Origin: Magallana gigas | Taxonomy: Eukaryota | Length of the DNA stretch: 64,000 nt | Assembly: GCF_963853765.1 (NCBI RefSeq) | Contig: NC_088855.1 | Coordinates: forward strand, 34,782,001-34,846,000 | Direction: 5' to 3' | Shown: positions 38,601-53,137 of the stretch, one piece after another | How positions within the stretch are numbered: the stretch's first letter is position 1 | How the letters are laid out: the number at the start of each line of letters is the position of its first letter | Notes under the pieces: generated by a model | Databases searched by the model: none | What the model was told of the DNA's origin: nothing | Seen by the model: only the letters and a program-made list of their open reading frames with translations | Program-made: the position numbers and the translations under genes

Positions 38601-41600
38601 ATAAATGATCATTTCTGAATGTTTCAACTTAATGCTAGTAGAACATACATGTACTTACAATGATAAATTTTTTTTTATATATAAATAAATAAAATATAAA
38701 AACTGAATAAATTTTGCATGTTAAGCATCATTCTATGAAACTGAAGATGTATGACTACTTTGAAATGTAACACTGGTATAAAGGGGTTAGATAAGCAAAA
38801 TTTATTAAAATCAGTTTTAGATCCACACTGTCAATCTTCATCTTACTTGCTAACTGTTGTTGGCCACAATGGAAGATATTCACTGGAAATTTCACAGCTA
38901 ATTTCATCCTACAAAATATAATAAACAAATCTGCTATAAAGTTGAAATCTCACACACACATTTTTTAAAAATTGTACTAATGAAACGGAAAAATATCCAG
39001 GTGTTTTGATTTCACTGTGTTTAGAGTTTAAATTAATTTCATAAAATATAAACTATAGTAAATTCTAAATTTTACATTCTACATGTATATTGTAAACATT
39101 TGAAGTATAATAGTTATGAAACTATTAACAAGTGCAAATTCAAGGATGACATTTTTGTTGAAAAAAATAAGTTTCAGCAAAAAATAAAACCTGTGCAAAC
39201 TGACATACAAATTTCTATAACAATGCTACACAAGATTCCATGTCTGTTATGGAGTATGAAATGTATTTACCCTGATTATATTGTAGAACTTGGACAGGCA
39301 AGAAACCATCACAGAGAGAACCATGGGCTCCTGAAAATTACAATCACAACATATCATAATGTATTTTATCCAACATTGTTCATTTTAGAGAGCAAAATCG
39401 CCGATCAAATCCAAGTTCAAAAATTTCAGTTGAATAAGTATTTAAAAAAGTTCTTACCATACTTGTACATGTTTATTGAAAAAAAAACACACCAGCTGTT
39501 TACTTAAGCTATATAAAAATAGAGTTTACAGGGTATCTTAAGAAAACTGACCCTCCTCTTGGTCCATGTTACAGCTGATGTTTACACAGTGTATTATCAA
39601 TCTGTGGGTAGGCTTACCTTAAGTTTGGGCAAGAAGTCGATGAAGAGTTCTTTGGCCAGAATAGCCAGCGAGGAGTCCCTGACGTGAGCACTGTCCATCC
39701 GCCCACTCATGCTCCTCTTCTGGCTGGGGTTAATGGTGAAGATATTCTTCACTATCAAAAAAATCATCAATTTGTCAGCAATATGTGCATTGTTGAAAGT
39801 GTACATTCCCAATGTGTGCGTCTATAACGATGCTGTTAGTGTACATGTGTTTCTTTTTCTACATCTTGCTTGGTCATTTACTAGCCAAAAGAATTGGCAC
39901 CTTTATTTTTCAAAAGTACTTGCATGTACATGTATATAAAAATAAAAGATCTGACCAAATGCAAATGTTCATCAATACTAAAATCTTTAGAAAATGTAGG
40001 CTTTCCCTTTTGCATTTCAAGCAACATCAGCCTCAAGTATTGCTTCACCCTATCTTCCTCAGTGATGCTACACATGCTTTTGTTTTACCTGCTTCCCATA
40101 AAGCCCTGGCTGGGATCCGAGCGGCTTTAATGGAAGGCAGCTCCTTACACATACAGGCTAACAGTCTGCATAACTACAAAACAATACAACAACAGTTAAA
40201 ACAAGTCAATATCTCTCTCTGTATAAGAGATCAGCTGCAATAATGTAGCCCTCTCCTTATTGCAGCTAAAGAGAGATCATTAAAGCATCATCTATATTTA
40301 AAGACAGACCTCTATATGACCACTGCCACTGTTCTCCATGTTAGTCAGGTACTGCCAATCCCTTATGTTTAGGAGGAATGCAGCACAGTGCTCCAGTATA
40401 ACCATTGTGGGCTGGATATCTATTGGGAATACAAGGTACACATGATGCACACAGTACAGGAAAACCTGTTAAACTCTTCACTCACTATATTCTGTTTCAC
40501 TGTCTATTCTGAGAGCAGTTTAAGTTCCAATGTCTCAAATCCGATCCTACCAGTATATAGTACCGGTAATATCATTATACGGATATCATTCAAAATAAAA
40601 CTGTGTAAAACAAAAACCTTTTCATTCTGATTAAAACATGCATAGACAGCTTTTACTGCATGTGATATAATAACAACACATGTATTCTACAAACTGTAAA
40701 ATGATGATATACATGTATCATTGAGACATTTTTCTTCTGTATTCTGCTTAAAAGATGTTTATCATGCTAATAACAATCAAAACCAAATCAAAACAGCTTA
40801 AATTCACTCAATAGGTCACCTTGATCAAGTCTGACTGATGTAATACAGGTCTTGGTTTTCTTGATGAGATCTTGCAGTGTGGTGTTCATTCCAAATGACT
40901 TGGTGGTATAGAACTGTAGGAGATCGGCAAGTAGGATGTACCAACGGACATACTTAGACAGGATGTAGGATACCTCGTACACATTTCTGTCTGCTACCAA
41001 CAACAGCTGGCGAGCACGCTCAAAAATCTGCTCAATGGAAGCATTACCAGTTAAATTTTCACTAACTTTTAGAGTTCATTTCTACTTTGAACTCTGTCTC
41101 TGCATTTGTGTTGAACAAAAACAGTTCAAGAGAAAGTGCACAGAGAGAGACTCTGACTCACCCTGACATCAATACAATGACAGGCCTTGCCAATCAGTAA
41201 ATATACGAAGGCCTGCTCAACACTGGGGGGCAGATTGTATATGATCTGGTGCATCTCCTTCGGAACTTTCCACTGAAATATAAAGATGTTTAATGTCACA
41301 AGTTTCAGATAAATCAAGATGGAACCCTCCCACCCCCATTCAGTTATAAATACGAGGAATATTTGCTCAGTATACCAATGACTCTTAGAGTCAATTCTAA
41401 TCAAAGTGACCAGCAAAGAGTACATGTAGTATCTTTGGACTCAACATTCAAGGAAGTTAAAGTCTCAGAACGGACGAGAAAGTCATCACAGCAGACGTCT
41501 CCGGCAGATGCTTTATAGAGACATCTACTCAGATAGGAAAAACAAACAGTGATCATAGCATTTACTCCACTATGGAATCCAAAGATTGAACAAATAGTAA

Positions 41601-44600
41601 GCAGTCCTTGGTTAGACATGCTATTATCATCACTGCAAATAATTCTATAAAGCCTGCTTCTAAAGTCATGGTACAGTTGCTAAAATATGTATGGATATAT
41701 TTCATGGTTTATAAAAAAAAATAATTAAAAGAATGATTTATACTTTATCTTTCCTGTTCATATTAAATAATTTTCCTATAAACTTGTACATTCAAAGTAT
41801 TTCAGTTGAAATGAACATCATGCCCTGAGGACTTTCTAAGAAACAAGTGCTTAAACTTATTTGCGATCCAGGATGGAGTAAATTCTCGAAAGAATTAGAG
41901 CCCATCCAAGGTTGACAGAGGTAGGCAACCATTTTGAACAAAATGTTTGGGAGGAATTTGCTCTGACAGACAGTGGACCATAAAGATAGATCTGTGGTCA
42001 CACTTAATGCCCATTGAAGCCCACAGACGATGGAATCATTAGCAGCAAATCTCTCAAACACGACGAACAAGTCATCATGGCAGACGTGTGCCAACAATAG
42101 TGCTCAGCTGTCTGCTCAGAACAGCAATCATTTGTCACTGATATAACATGCTGGAAATCTAAAGACTCAACATCAATCTGTGGGCCTCTCAGAACAGACA
42201 AGCATATCTTCATAGCAAATGTGAAATTGTATAAATAAAATGCATTGATAAGTAAATATCTTTACGTGTATACATAAATAAAGTTTTAAATACCATCAGG
42301 GTTTTTATGTACAAGTCAAATGCATACTTTTAGAATTTTTAAGTGAATGTATACAAGGTAGATTTACTGTTCATGAGTTGCATACTGATTAAGACTATAA
42401 TGTCTGATACATGTGTATAAACCTTCAAAACCCTACAAAAAAAGTGAAAGGAAACAAAATTGGGGGGGGGGGGGGTATTCATTTCAAATAAAGTTAAGAT
42501 ATGGCTATATTAAAAGTCTTACGCAAGGAAATAGCCAATCAAACTGAACTTAGTCAATATATAGAGACAATTTCTTTTCTTTCTTCCTTTTTTGGCACCT
42601 TATTTTAGGCCTATAGTATTGATTTTGGACTCAGTGGCTAGGAGAATTATTACTTTAGGGGAATTGTCACACTAATTTCAGTGGAACTATTTTTTTAGAT
42701 GCGCATGATGCAACTTCCTGGATGGTGCTGAGCCTGTTTGTCAACATGTGGAACCCACATGTATTTGGGGGTAGGTATGTTTACTCTCAATTATCTCTCT
42801 TAGAAACCGCTTAAGGCTTTATTTTTCTGATCTAAAATTTTTCTTGAAGCATTTAACTAAAATTTCTCTTTCATGAATTATATGCTGAGAGTATAGTTAA
42901 TTAATTAACTGAATTAAAGCTATATAGTAACATATAGTGAAATTAATTCCTTGTGTGAGACCTTTAAGCAATACAATACATAAAAGAGACACAAAATCAC
43001 CTTTTCATTCAGTGCCATCACATAAGCAGGAGATCTGCCCAGTTTGAGGATCAGTTCCCGCGTCAAGTTATTAATCGACTCCGGCTCATACATAAACATC
43101 AGCTGTTGTTCTACTGTCCCTGCACTTACTGATGAATCTGTAAACACCCAAACAATCAATCACTGTCAAAGCTCCGCCCCCTCAAAACTCCACCCTCTGT
43201 AAGTGCAGTAAGTGCCCCAGAAAAAGAAGTCAAAAAGAGGCAAAGGTCAGATTCAACACTCAGCTTCCAGCAAACTCAAACACAACACAAAGAGATGCAA
43301 CGTGCCAAAGAGATGTAGTCACACATATTCAATTCTCCCTCATTATAAATTAAACAATTATTAGCCTCATAAAAAATCCCAATTATTAGAAATGTTCAAT
43401 CTTTCAACATTTGAAAATTCAAAAACTAATACAGTGTAATAAATTTTTAAAAATATCTAGCATTAAATGAATTCTCTAACTGATACTAACTGATGGTAAT
43501 ATAAAATTACAGCTACTTAAAAATTGAAAAGCTGAAATAAACTAGTCTACTTTATTTTTTAAGACTTGTTGTCCAAGCACAGTACCTTGTACATTTCTAC
43601 TGTAACTTTAACTTTTACAGATTCATTTAGTATGGGACCTAGTAAGCACACATACAAAAATGTATTAATAAATATAAATGTAAGTACACATGTAAGAATA
43701 TCTAGTAAACTTCAAGCCACATTCAGTGTATAAATGATCTCTGCCATCAACCTACCTGCTCCCTCGCTCATGACCGAAGAAACTGAAATAAAATCACTCT
43801 AATCCAAAAAAAAGCCAAACAAACTCAAACATCTACAGAAAAAAAGGTGACATTTTGCACTTGGTCCATCATAAAACATGCATATGGACAAGCTATTCAA
43901 GTACACATACTGCATGTAAAATAAAAACACTTCCAAATAAAAAAACAATAAGCTTTGTATGCTATTTTTTGCATACCACATTTGTACTGTACAAGAAATT
44001 AACATCAATATGAAAAGTGCATGCAGCTACAAAATATTAAGCTGGTAATACATGTATGGCCAAGTCCAAACCAAAAACAAAAAAGTCAAGAGTACGCAAC
44101 GATAAAGCATTGATTTCCTGACCTCGACTGTTTGGGTAGCTGGAACATATGGTAGTTGCATCATCGTAGATGTCGCTGTACGTCAGAGAGGAACTCTCCT
44201 TAATATACTGGTTCATCTCCTTCAGCTCCTCCTGCGTGAAGTAATTACGTAACTCTCCTGATACTACCATGTTGTTGAAGCGGGAGCCAACTGGAGAGAG
44301 GTCCATTAGATGCCTGTTAAAAAAATTTAACATTACTGAAAATTCCTAATTAAATGTGAGGAATTAATATCCGCGTAAAATTGCGAGCTCATCTCGCCAA
44401 TTTTAAAATCTCGTTTTATTTTTCAGACAAGTGTAAAGTATGTATAACTAGATAAAAATTGGCCATGGCGATTTGATATTCTCGCGATTTGATGCAAAAC
44501 GGTCAAATAGCGGAATTAAGTACTTGCGTAAAATAAGGAATCTACAGTATGCATGGGTTCATGTACATTCTATAAACTTTTGAAGAACAAACTGTTTAGT

Positions 44601-47600
44601 ATCATTCTTCGAATATTTCAGCTGTTCATTCCTAAGTATTCAGAATTGAAGCAAAACTGATTGAAATTGCTCTGTTGAACATTATTTAGTAGTTGATAGA
44701 CATTTTCAATAAAGATTTACAATTTGTTTTCAAAACATTATCAGAATTTAATGTTTTTTTCTTTTTTCTTCATAAGGGTACCTACCATATGAAGCACTTC
44801 AAATTGGATTTCTGGGCAAATGATGATCCAGCCATTGCTTTTGTAAGAACCTGAACAATTAAAAAAAAACCATTTTCATATTCATACGTATCAAAACTCT
44901 AAGAAATAAATTTTTCAGCCACACTTTAAACTTGTTTAATCATCAAAAGTCCAAATGTGAAGAACAAAACAAAAACAAACTTTGAAAAACTTTCATTGAA
45001 TACACAGAAAAAATAATGTTACTTCACATCTTAGACAACAGAAATCTGATTTAGAGAGTTCAATGTTTACTAAATAAATTTAAAACATGTCACAACAATG
45101 ATTTTGCACTAGAGGAGTATTCCCCAAGGATCCTTACCATGATTAAGAAGTCGACTGTTGACTGTTCTGCATCTTCAACAATGTCCGCCAGCAGTGAGAC
45201 CAGGGCTTTACCCTCCATGACACTTCTGATGACGTTACACACACTCACCTGCATGTAAATCTCACTATACCTACAAGAGAGGAAACTCATGAGTTGCAAG
45301 TACAACTATGGCAATGACAAATTAAACGTCATTTGTATAAATGCATCAGATTCTTCTTCTCTCTCTATTTTTTTTTTTAAATCAGACAATAGGAAAAAAT
45401 GTTGTAAACCTATATTTCTGTGCATAAGATAGAGATGGATAATCATAATCACTGATCAAAATCAGACATTATACATGTACATGTATCTGGTACATAATTA
45501 ACTGCTTGATAGGAAATTTTTTTAACTTCCATAATAGAAGGTATTTTTAAACTTATGGAACAGGTGGTGAAAAGTCAAGTCTCAACCAGGCCTCTGGCGT
45601 ACAGTGCCAGCGCTCTAACCACTGAGCTATTGACACCCGATATATTGACCGATAGTCACACACCTGTTCACCCAGTGACATTAATAAATGCTTGACATTC
45701 AAGATAAGTGCTTACGATGTAAATGTAAATTGTCAACCACTTCTTTCAGGTGAAACTAATGCATGAAAATTATGAGTGAAGAATATTTCATGGTTAAATT
45801 TTAGTTATTTGTGAAGAGAATTTCATGTGGAATTCATGGTGAAACTCCTGTGAATGCTACTTTCACATGTGGAATGATAGGCTGAGTAAAACCTTACTTA
45901 TCATCCTTGTTGCCGAGTTCATCCTCCAAGTCACTCCTGTAGGCTGAGGTCAGCTCCTGTTTCAGGTTGTCCTCAATAATCACCTCTATCAGACCCTGTC
46001 ACAGCAAAATCAAAAACTCATGTAACTGCATGATGTTTACTTTGTAACAATAGGGAAAATAAAGTTGAGACAATTCTTCTTAAGTAGAAGTACTTTCATA
46101 TGCCCATTTAAAAATAATTCTGAATTTGTCACATTTATATCAATATCATTAATTTAAGAAGAATGACTGCACCAAAAAGGACTGAAAGGAGAGTGAAAAA
46201 AAAATAAAAACCAAAAACTTCAGTAGTTTTTTTCACACAAATTTCTGAAATATAGAACAGAATCTACCTGGTAATCATTTTTTCTAGCCTGCTCTGCTAG
46301 TTGGTACAAACTCTCTTTGGCCTTTTCCTGTGGAGTCTGGACAGTGCGCAGTGTCTGACATGCAGTGTAATAGCCCTTCAGTCTGGCCATATCTATGTCA
46401 CTGAGCTGGGGGGAGGACACCTAAAATATCAGTCAAAGAAATAAGGACTCACAATTAACTAACAACAAGAAGCTTTCAAAAATTCTGTCAAACCTGAAAT
46501 CTCTTCTTCGCTGAATAAATTATTAGATAATAAAAAGACAGTACAAAAACATTCATATGAATTATGGGCCTTCATTTAAATCAAATAATCAGTGATACAT
46601 TAACTTGTGGAAGTGTATTGGTGGGGTGGAAATGGAGGAACAAAAGATGAATACCAGTACATACTTCAGTGATGGTGTTCAGACATTGAGTAAACATCAG
46701 AAGGGCCTCGCTGTATGTCTCCGTGTAGAAGTTAAAGCTCCCAAGATCATACAGAATCTGCAATACACAAAACAGGTTATCACTACTTTGTTCATGAATG
46801 ACTTTTAAAAAAATACATCTAATAATTACTGCCATTATAAATTTAGCAAACTCATGAAATATATAAATTCCTACAATTTTTTCATTTAATACAGTGACTG
46901 TAATAACAAATAGTACCGGTACATCCACATACATGTCTGCTGTATAGATTTTCAGAGCACGATACATACACCAGCATGAAAAAGTGCATGTGCATGATAA
47001 TATTCTGATGAATCAAAAGGCAAAAAAACTTTCCCCCAAAAATAAATAGACTATGTTAGTTGAATTGAAGTCAAGTAAATAAAACATCATAGATCTAATT
47101 TTAACATAATGAAAATTGAGAGCTCTTAACCTGCCTTCTCTTTTTGTTATATAAGACAACCAACAACCAACAGCTCATGTTTTTATAATACTTTTTTATA
47201 CCAATTTTCGACCTCTGAGGGAGTTACGCTTGTATTTGTATATACAATGTAGACATCAATTACTTGAGACTGGTAGTCATTGGCATCTATATCCACAGCT
47301 TTATCCCAGTGAAACAGAGAGTCATCTGAATCCTCCGACGGGATGCTGATGCAGTGCATTGTGGGCATTTTTAATGTCCGTCCACATTGGAGACATTTCT
47401 GTAAATACTCCACCGAAAGACTTGTCCGCTCTTTTAACTGTTGTTAAAGTAAAAAAAACATGAATACAAAAAGACAATTTAATATTTTGACCATCTCTGA
47501 AACTAATTTTTAGAAAAAATCATTCTACATTTAGTACGGTATTCAATTTGATGTAAAGTTCTTTACTGCAAGTTAGCTGAACATGTACTAACTATGCATT

Positions 47601-50600
47601 TTCTGAACAATATAGCAAATTCATTCACTTTCATTACAGTTAACAATGTGGATAAATATCTTACGTATCTAATCACTGCTTCGTTAGCACTGGCCACCAT
47701 GGAATCAAACTGCCCCTGCCTGTAAACAAGCAAATAGGTAATGGTCACTGTACAGATTCAAATCGAAAAAAAATCTACATAATTTTTGATAAACCCAATT
47801 TTACCAAACCTATTTCCCTTTAAATGCCATGCCAGATGTCAATTTGTCTAGTTTCCTTCATTATCATTACTGTATACAGGGTTATTTTCGCCCCGTGTTA
47901 TTTTCACCCTTCTTCACTCGCAAACAATTTGGCCCCATCTTGAATTCATCCAGACGTAGTTGTGTTTAAAGAGATCAAAATAATTTCAGACATTTGAATT
48001 TTCCCTGTCTTCAATTTGCCTACAGAAGAGGGCAAAAGGGGCAAAAATAAAACGGGGGGTTAATATTTCCCTGTGTACATTTTTAAGAAACCCATACATG
48101 CAAAGCACAGCATGCATCATTAATATACATATAAATATAAACATTAGATATAACTAATTTTGCATCATTTTAATAATTTTAATTCCTCTTAGTTTGAAGG
48201 GAGTACAAGTGTTTCTTCTACAAATTTCCAGTCTAATAACTTACATCTGAGCAAACTGTTTGACTGGTCTTGTGGGAAAGCTGTCTCTGACGACAGACAT
48301 CAGACACCTGTTGTAAAAGATATGGAATGCTTCTTATATACATGTACATATAAATATATGCTTTTTAATTTTAATTAAAGTTCATTTTTTTAAGTAAAAA
48401 ATGCATGCATTTAAAACTAGAAAACAGACATTGAAATTCAATTTCCAAATTTAATTTGATGGTTACCGGTATGTATTACATACCGGTAACCATCAAATTA
48501 AGATACAAATGCCATATTTTCCATCAAAATAGTTTTGTAATACAATAACCTCTCTGATGTATGTACATTTATTGTATTCAAAATAAATACTCTAAGTCTC
48601 CCTATAACTTTTTCTTATTATCAATTATACAGCTGTATATAGGTGAGTTAAGGACAAGAGTAGCATTTCAGATGGATGTCAAATAGGAAAGTGGTGACAG
48701 ATAGTACCATCTATGGTAGAGATGGAGGGCGAACAGTGCCTCCTCCGTGACTGTGTCCCCAGACAGACGGTCCTCCACCGTGTTAAAGTCACACCCCAGC
48801 GTGATCTTCAACAGCTCCGTGATCAGTGTCTGTACCATCACTAGAGGCACGCTGTAATCAGACAAGGTGAAATATTTTCATGAAGAGAGCAATGCATGAA
48901 CTTTTTGTTAAGTGAATTTCGCATGAAAATTTTGCATGAAATTCGCCAGAATGTTTTTTTTTTTCATGTGGAACACACATGAGCTTTGTACACAACACAA
49001 TTAGCTAATATTGTACATGTACCGGTATCTCATTACTCGTTCTAAGGTAGGCATAAAAAGAAAAAACAAAACCTCAAATAATTCCGACAATAAATGGGTT
49101 TTCAGAAACATGTAAGACATTAACTTCTACTGTACTATCTATAAATAATGCTTAGCAATAGTTGATGGTATCTAGGAAACAATCAAATAAATGACAATCA
49201 TCTTGAGTGGATAATTCCACAAAGACAACACATATTTGTCTGTTCAAGGTATATTCTCTTTCATCAACCTCAAGAAAACATAAGCAAAAGATAAGTTTGT
49301 CATTTCAAATTTTATCAAACTTGTGCTATGTCTCTTTTCTACACTTTTTACCAAAACATGTTACCGGTAATAAAAAAATTCACAGGTAAATACATGTATA
49401 ATGAAACATATACTTAAAAAATCTTAAGTGTACACAGCGTAAGCAATTCAAAAAGATCTTTCTTTGACTGAGTCGGCAGTGACTCCTTTGGATGTGCCCT
49501 GTGACCTGTATGCTGTCTTCTTACCCAGTGAGTATGATATTCAGGTTCCATTTTAAATGAGCAGCAACTCTCAAGGCCAACAACCTTAAAGCTTTGACCT
49601 TCTTGTTCTCTTTTATGAAAACTTTAACTTCTGAAAATAGAGAGTCCAACTTTAATACATCAACAACCTACTACAAGCATTTCATTTCCGAAAGAGAACA
49701 AACAACATTCTCAATTCATCAAGGATTTCTGAAGTATTTGTTTATTACATGATCCTTAAGATAAATAATTATCTTGAATTTATACTCTACTTAAATATGC
49801 CTGTAAGACTTGATTTTTATCAGTACTACATATTCAGCATAATACGTGTAGTTAAAATTTACACTGATCCATCAATAATCATGTTAATATACTCAAGTTC
49901 ACATCTATATATGCTTTTTTTCCATAATATTTCATCTCATATTAATTTGTTAATTTCAAAACATACATTTACATTTGTATCTTTATGAATGAAAACATAC
50001 ATCGAAATCAATCAACATTTTTTAAACAAATTAAGCTTACATAGGCAATAAAAATGGAAAGAATATAAACACAGGGTTATAAGGCATGCTCTTTCTCCAA
50101 CTTTTAAAAAATCAAATGATGACAGTGATTGAAAACATTTCATCTCCATATTAAGACACATGTTTATCTATTATATTCTCACCCTGCTGATCTTCACCAC
50201 TAGGTATTGGGGGTAGGGGTTCTTTAACAACATGTGCATCAGCCTGCTGCAAGAACTGCACAATCAGCTGAACAGGGGAAGGATCTGTAAAATAAGAACA
50301 ATAATCCTCTTAAAACACAAAGGATAATCCACGACTTTTCACCCCAAATTGCGCTAATTACTGAAGATTAACGTTTTTAAAGCAGATTTTCACAGGTCTC
50401 CATAAATCTTGTCTTAAATTTAAAATTCTTGAAAGTGAACATCTGCGCAAAGCACATACAACTGTAAATAAAACTGAAGATTATCTATATTTTAACATTT
50501 CATAAATAATTAAGATAATGTTCATTTAGTACAATTTATGTTGGTACAATGTATGTACATGACTGCTAGTACAACATGAACTGAAATTTCAAAAAGGTGA

Positions 50601-52883
50601 AATAGATGCTTCATTTACAATAATATACAAATTAAAACTTTTTATTCCATTTTACTCTTACAATGTGCATATAACTGTTGGTAGTAGTGGAGGTGATCGT
50701 TAAAAGTACAGGTATACATAAATAGCTAGCTGCAGAGCTTTATGTAACTCTACACAAAAAAAAAATAAATATCAAACTCATAGAATACCAGGAATAATGT
50801 CAAACTATTAGAAAAATTTTTTAGATATAAATTTAAAGGGACTTGGACACGATTTGACTAAACATTTTAAAATTTTATTTTTCCATTTTCAATGTTTATA
50901 ATGATAAATATAGGAGCTTATAATGCTATGTCAAAATTTGAAAGTCAAATATCAAGTTATAAGCAAGATACAGAGTTCATAATTCTTTGTTTTGTAAACA
51001 AAGCTCGAATATTGTCATTTTTACATATGTGTTGTATTGGTGTAAGTTTTAATTAAATGTATCTTTCTTTTGTTGGTAATAGTATTTATGAAGAAATTGA
51101 ATTAGTTTAAATTGTTTTTTACAAGTTATTTTGTCTAAGAAATGGCAATTCTTTACATTACGTATATATTTTTTGTAAACAACTATAAGACTCGAGCTTT
51201 GTTTACATAATAATCAATTTGTACCACTGTATCTCAATTGTAACTTGACTTTAACATTCAATATTTTGGTCAATCATTTAAAATGCACCAAAATACCATT
51301 TTATACATAAAAATTGAAAATAAAATTTTTGATCTCAAATCGTGTCCAAGTCCCTTTAAAGGCTACCTAAATATTTTTCTAACAAGATATCTCTTCTAAA
51401 TGTCTAACTTCTTTAACACACTTCACTGAATAGGCATGATAACAAAGGATTTACAATACACATGCGATCGATGACAAAAGGGGCTTTAAAATGTCAGCCG
51501 GAAACATGCATAATTTATTACTTCACATTAACTGCTTAGAAACTTGATAATCATTACTAACTGAGAAGATATATAAAACCAAATGTTTCTTTAACTTTCC
51601 TCCCCTTATACAGATGCCAACATAGTACATGTATATGTATATGAATACTGTTACAATGTATACCAGTATATAGGATACATCAATTCAAAGAATTTTAAGT
51701 AACTTAGTACATGTACTAGATCAGGCTATGTCTAACTGTCTTGATCTTCTGACCTTAGTATCACAGTAATAGAGCACCTAATGGCCACCTATATACATGT
51801 AACAGTAAATATTCCTTATTAAATGCGAGGATTTAATATTCACATAATTGCGAAAGCAAGTCTCGTGGGTTTTAAAATCTGGCTTTTATTTTTCAGACAG
51901 TTTTAAACTATATCAAATTATAACAAAAAATTGGTGCTCATGATTTGATTCAATACAGCCAAACTAAGCATTACTTAAATAAGAAATTTACAAACCAACA
52001 TTATTTTAAGGCTGAACATTCTCATTGATATTATCTTTCCTCTAAACATTAAAAATTTACTTTATTGATGCTGTTTAGTTTTTATGCCCTAATGGCATAA
52101 TTTCGGCTTTGAATCTAGTAAGTATATTTAAGAAATATGGTTCCCTTTCATTAGATTGCTACTTTTTTGTAGAAATAATTGGATTTTAAAGAATCATTTC
52201 TTGAACAATGCATGCATATGCTGCACTTGTTTATTTTCATTTGCGAAAGAGGGGCTGTGAAATTAAAAATAAGGATTATTTCATGATGAATGATTAAGAG
52301 CAATGTCCTTTTTTCTCTAATTTTGAGAGTCTCTCGTTTAAGTTTTATACCAATTAGAAACTTTTTCAAAAAATGCTGGGTTTTCAAATTATCAATATTT
52401 AAAAGCTTTAAAATAATAATAAAAAAAAATCATTCTTGATGGAAAAACTGACTGCAAGCTTTTTCAGGTTTGGGATACTCCCTTTAAAGATTTTTTGGAT
52501 TGTTTTAATTTATTTTTATTTTATTATTTTTTCATAATTTCCATATGAAATGAAAGTGTTAGTGCAAAGGACAAATATTAAATATTTACCATTGATTTCA
52601 AAACGCAAATGTTCTTGTACTTCATACTTTAAATTTAGATGTAATTAGACTTTAAATTATTATTTCTAATTCATTTTTTAAAGTATGCTCATATTTAAAT
52701 CATAGGTCTCAATTTTTGGCTTGTAAGTGTAAACAAATTTTTGTTTATACTATACATACCTGGATTGTCCTTTTGCAGGTGTTTTTCAAGTAGCTCCTCA
52801 TCTAACAGAAATTCAAACCATGAAACTGCCGGGAGGGATGAGGGAATGGGGCCAAAATTCCCTCGAGGCAAATTCTCTGTCAT
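35656..52883 (-). CDS. INTS8: Integrator complex subunit 8
   Basis: 28 coding exons chained in frame (3009 nt, about 1002 aa): 52883-52760, 50284-50183, 49630-49525, 48851-48708, 48307-48245, 47719-47665, 47437-47264, 46757-46665, 46420-46268, 45995-45898, 45270-45138, 44850-44786, 44313-44123, 43782-43756, 43137-43001, 41272-41162, 41027-40820, 40419-40310, 40173-40089, 39751-39618, 39330-39271, 38908-38847, 38435-38317, 37933-37830, 37626-37576, 37288-37150, 36391-36348, 35772-35656. Recognised motifs are SWFEFLLDEELLEKHL..DPSPVQLIVQFL, LLALRVAAHLKW, KRMIKCCSYLQCHTQVAVLCQF and LNSSNPEDIIQRAVQMRKRKFLRALAKQYL. Confidence 0.93.
36018..36055 (+). repeat. 5' end of a Helitron/Helentron-type non-autonomous repeat (truncated)
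   Basis: aaacaagagccccatgggccacatcgctcacctgag matches, from memory, a common oyster non-autonomous element start. The remainder was not found. Confidence 0.35.
44334..44549. mobile_element. TA-flanked MITE in INTS8 intron
   Basis: Imperfect TIR tactgaaaattcctaattaaa / taaaataaggaatctacagta. A related partial copy lies at about 51800-51930. Confidence 0.65.
45557..45680 (-). repeat. tRNA-derived interspersed repeat (SINE-like)
   Basis: The minus strand has A-box TAGCTCAGTGGTTAGAGCG, stem CTGGC-ACTGTAC-GCCAG and a degenerate B-box GGTTGAGAC. There is no intact acceptor stem. Confidence 0.55.
47869..48079. mobile_element. MITE in INTS8 intron
   Basis: Imperfect TIR tgtatacagggttattttcgccccgtgttatttt / aaaataaaacggggggttaatatttccctgtgtaca. 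Confidence 0.6.
50837..51355. mobile_element. Intact TTAA-flanked MITE (Kolobok-like)
   Basis: Perfect 21-bp TIR AGGGACTTGGACACGATTTGA / TCAAATCGTGTCCAAGTCCCT with TTAA on both sides. Confidence 0.85.
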
Positions 52884-53078
52884 GACGAATATTCCAGTGC
52901 AGGGCACATTTCTTAACCCAATTATACAATCAATGAATGGGCATAACTCCTTTTAAGACGGGAAATCGATTAATGATTACCCTCGCGACACAATCCAAGT
53001 GAAGAAAATGTAAGCTAGGTATTGACCGGAACTGCTGGAACATCGAACCCGATGTCAGCAATGACAGCACAACAACAG

Positions 53079-53137
<59 letters not shown>

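Noticed and set aside
41805-41824. Box C/D-like motifs (ATGATG...CTGA) on the minus strand
   Set aside because: Only about 10 nt separate them, which is too short for a snoRNA.
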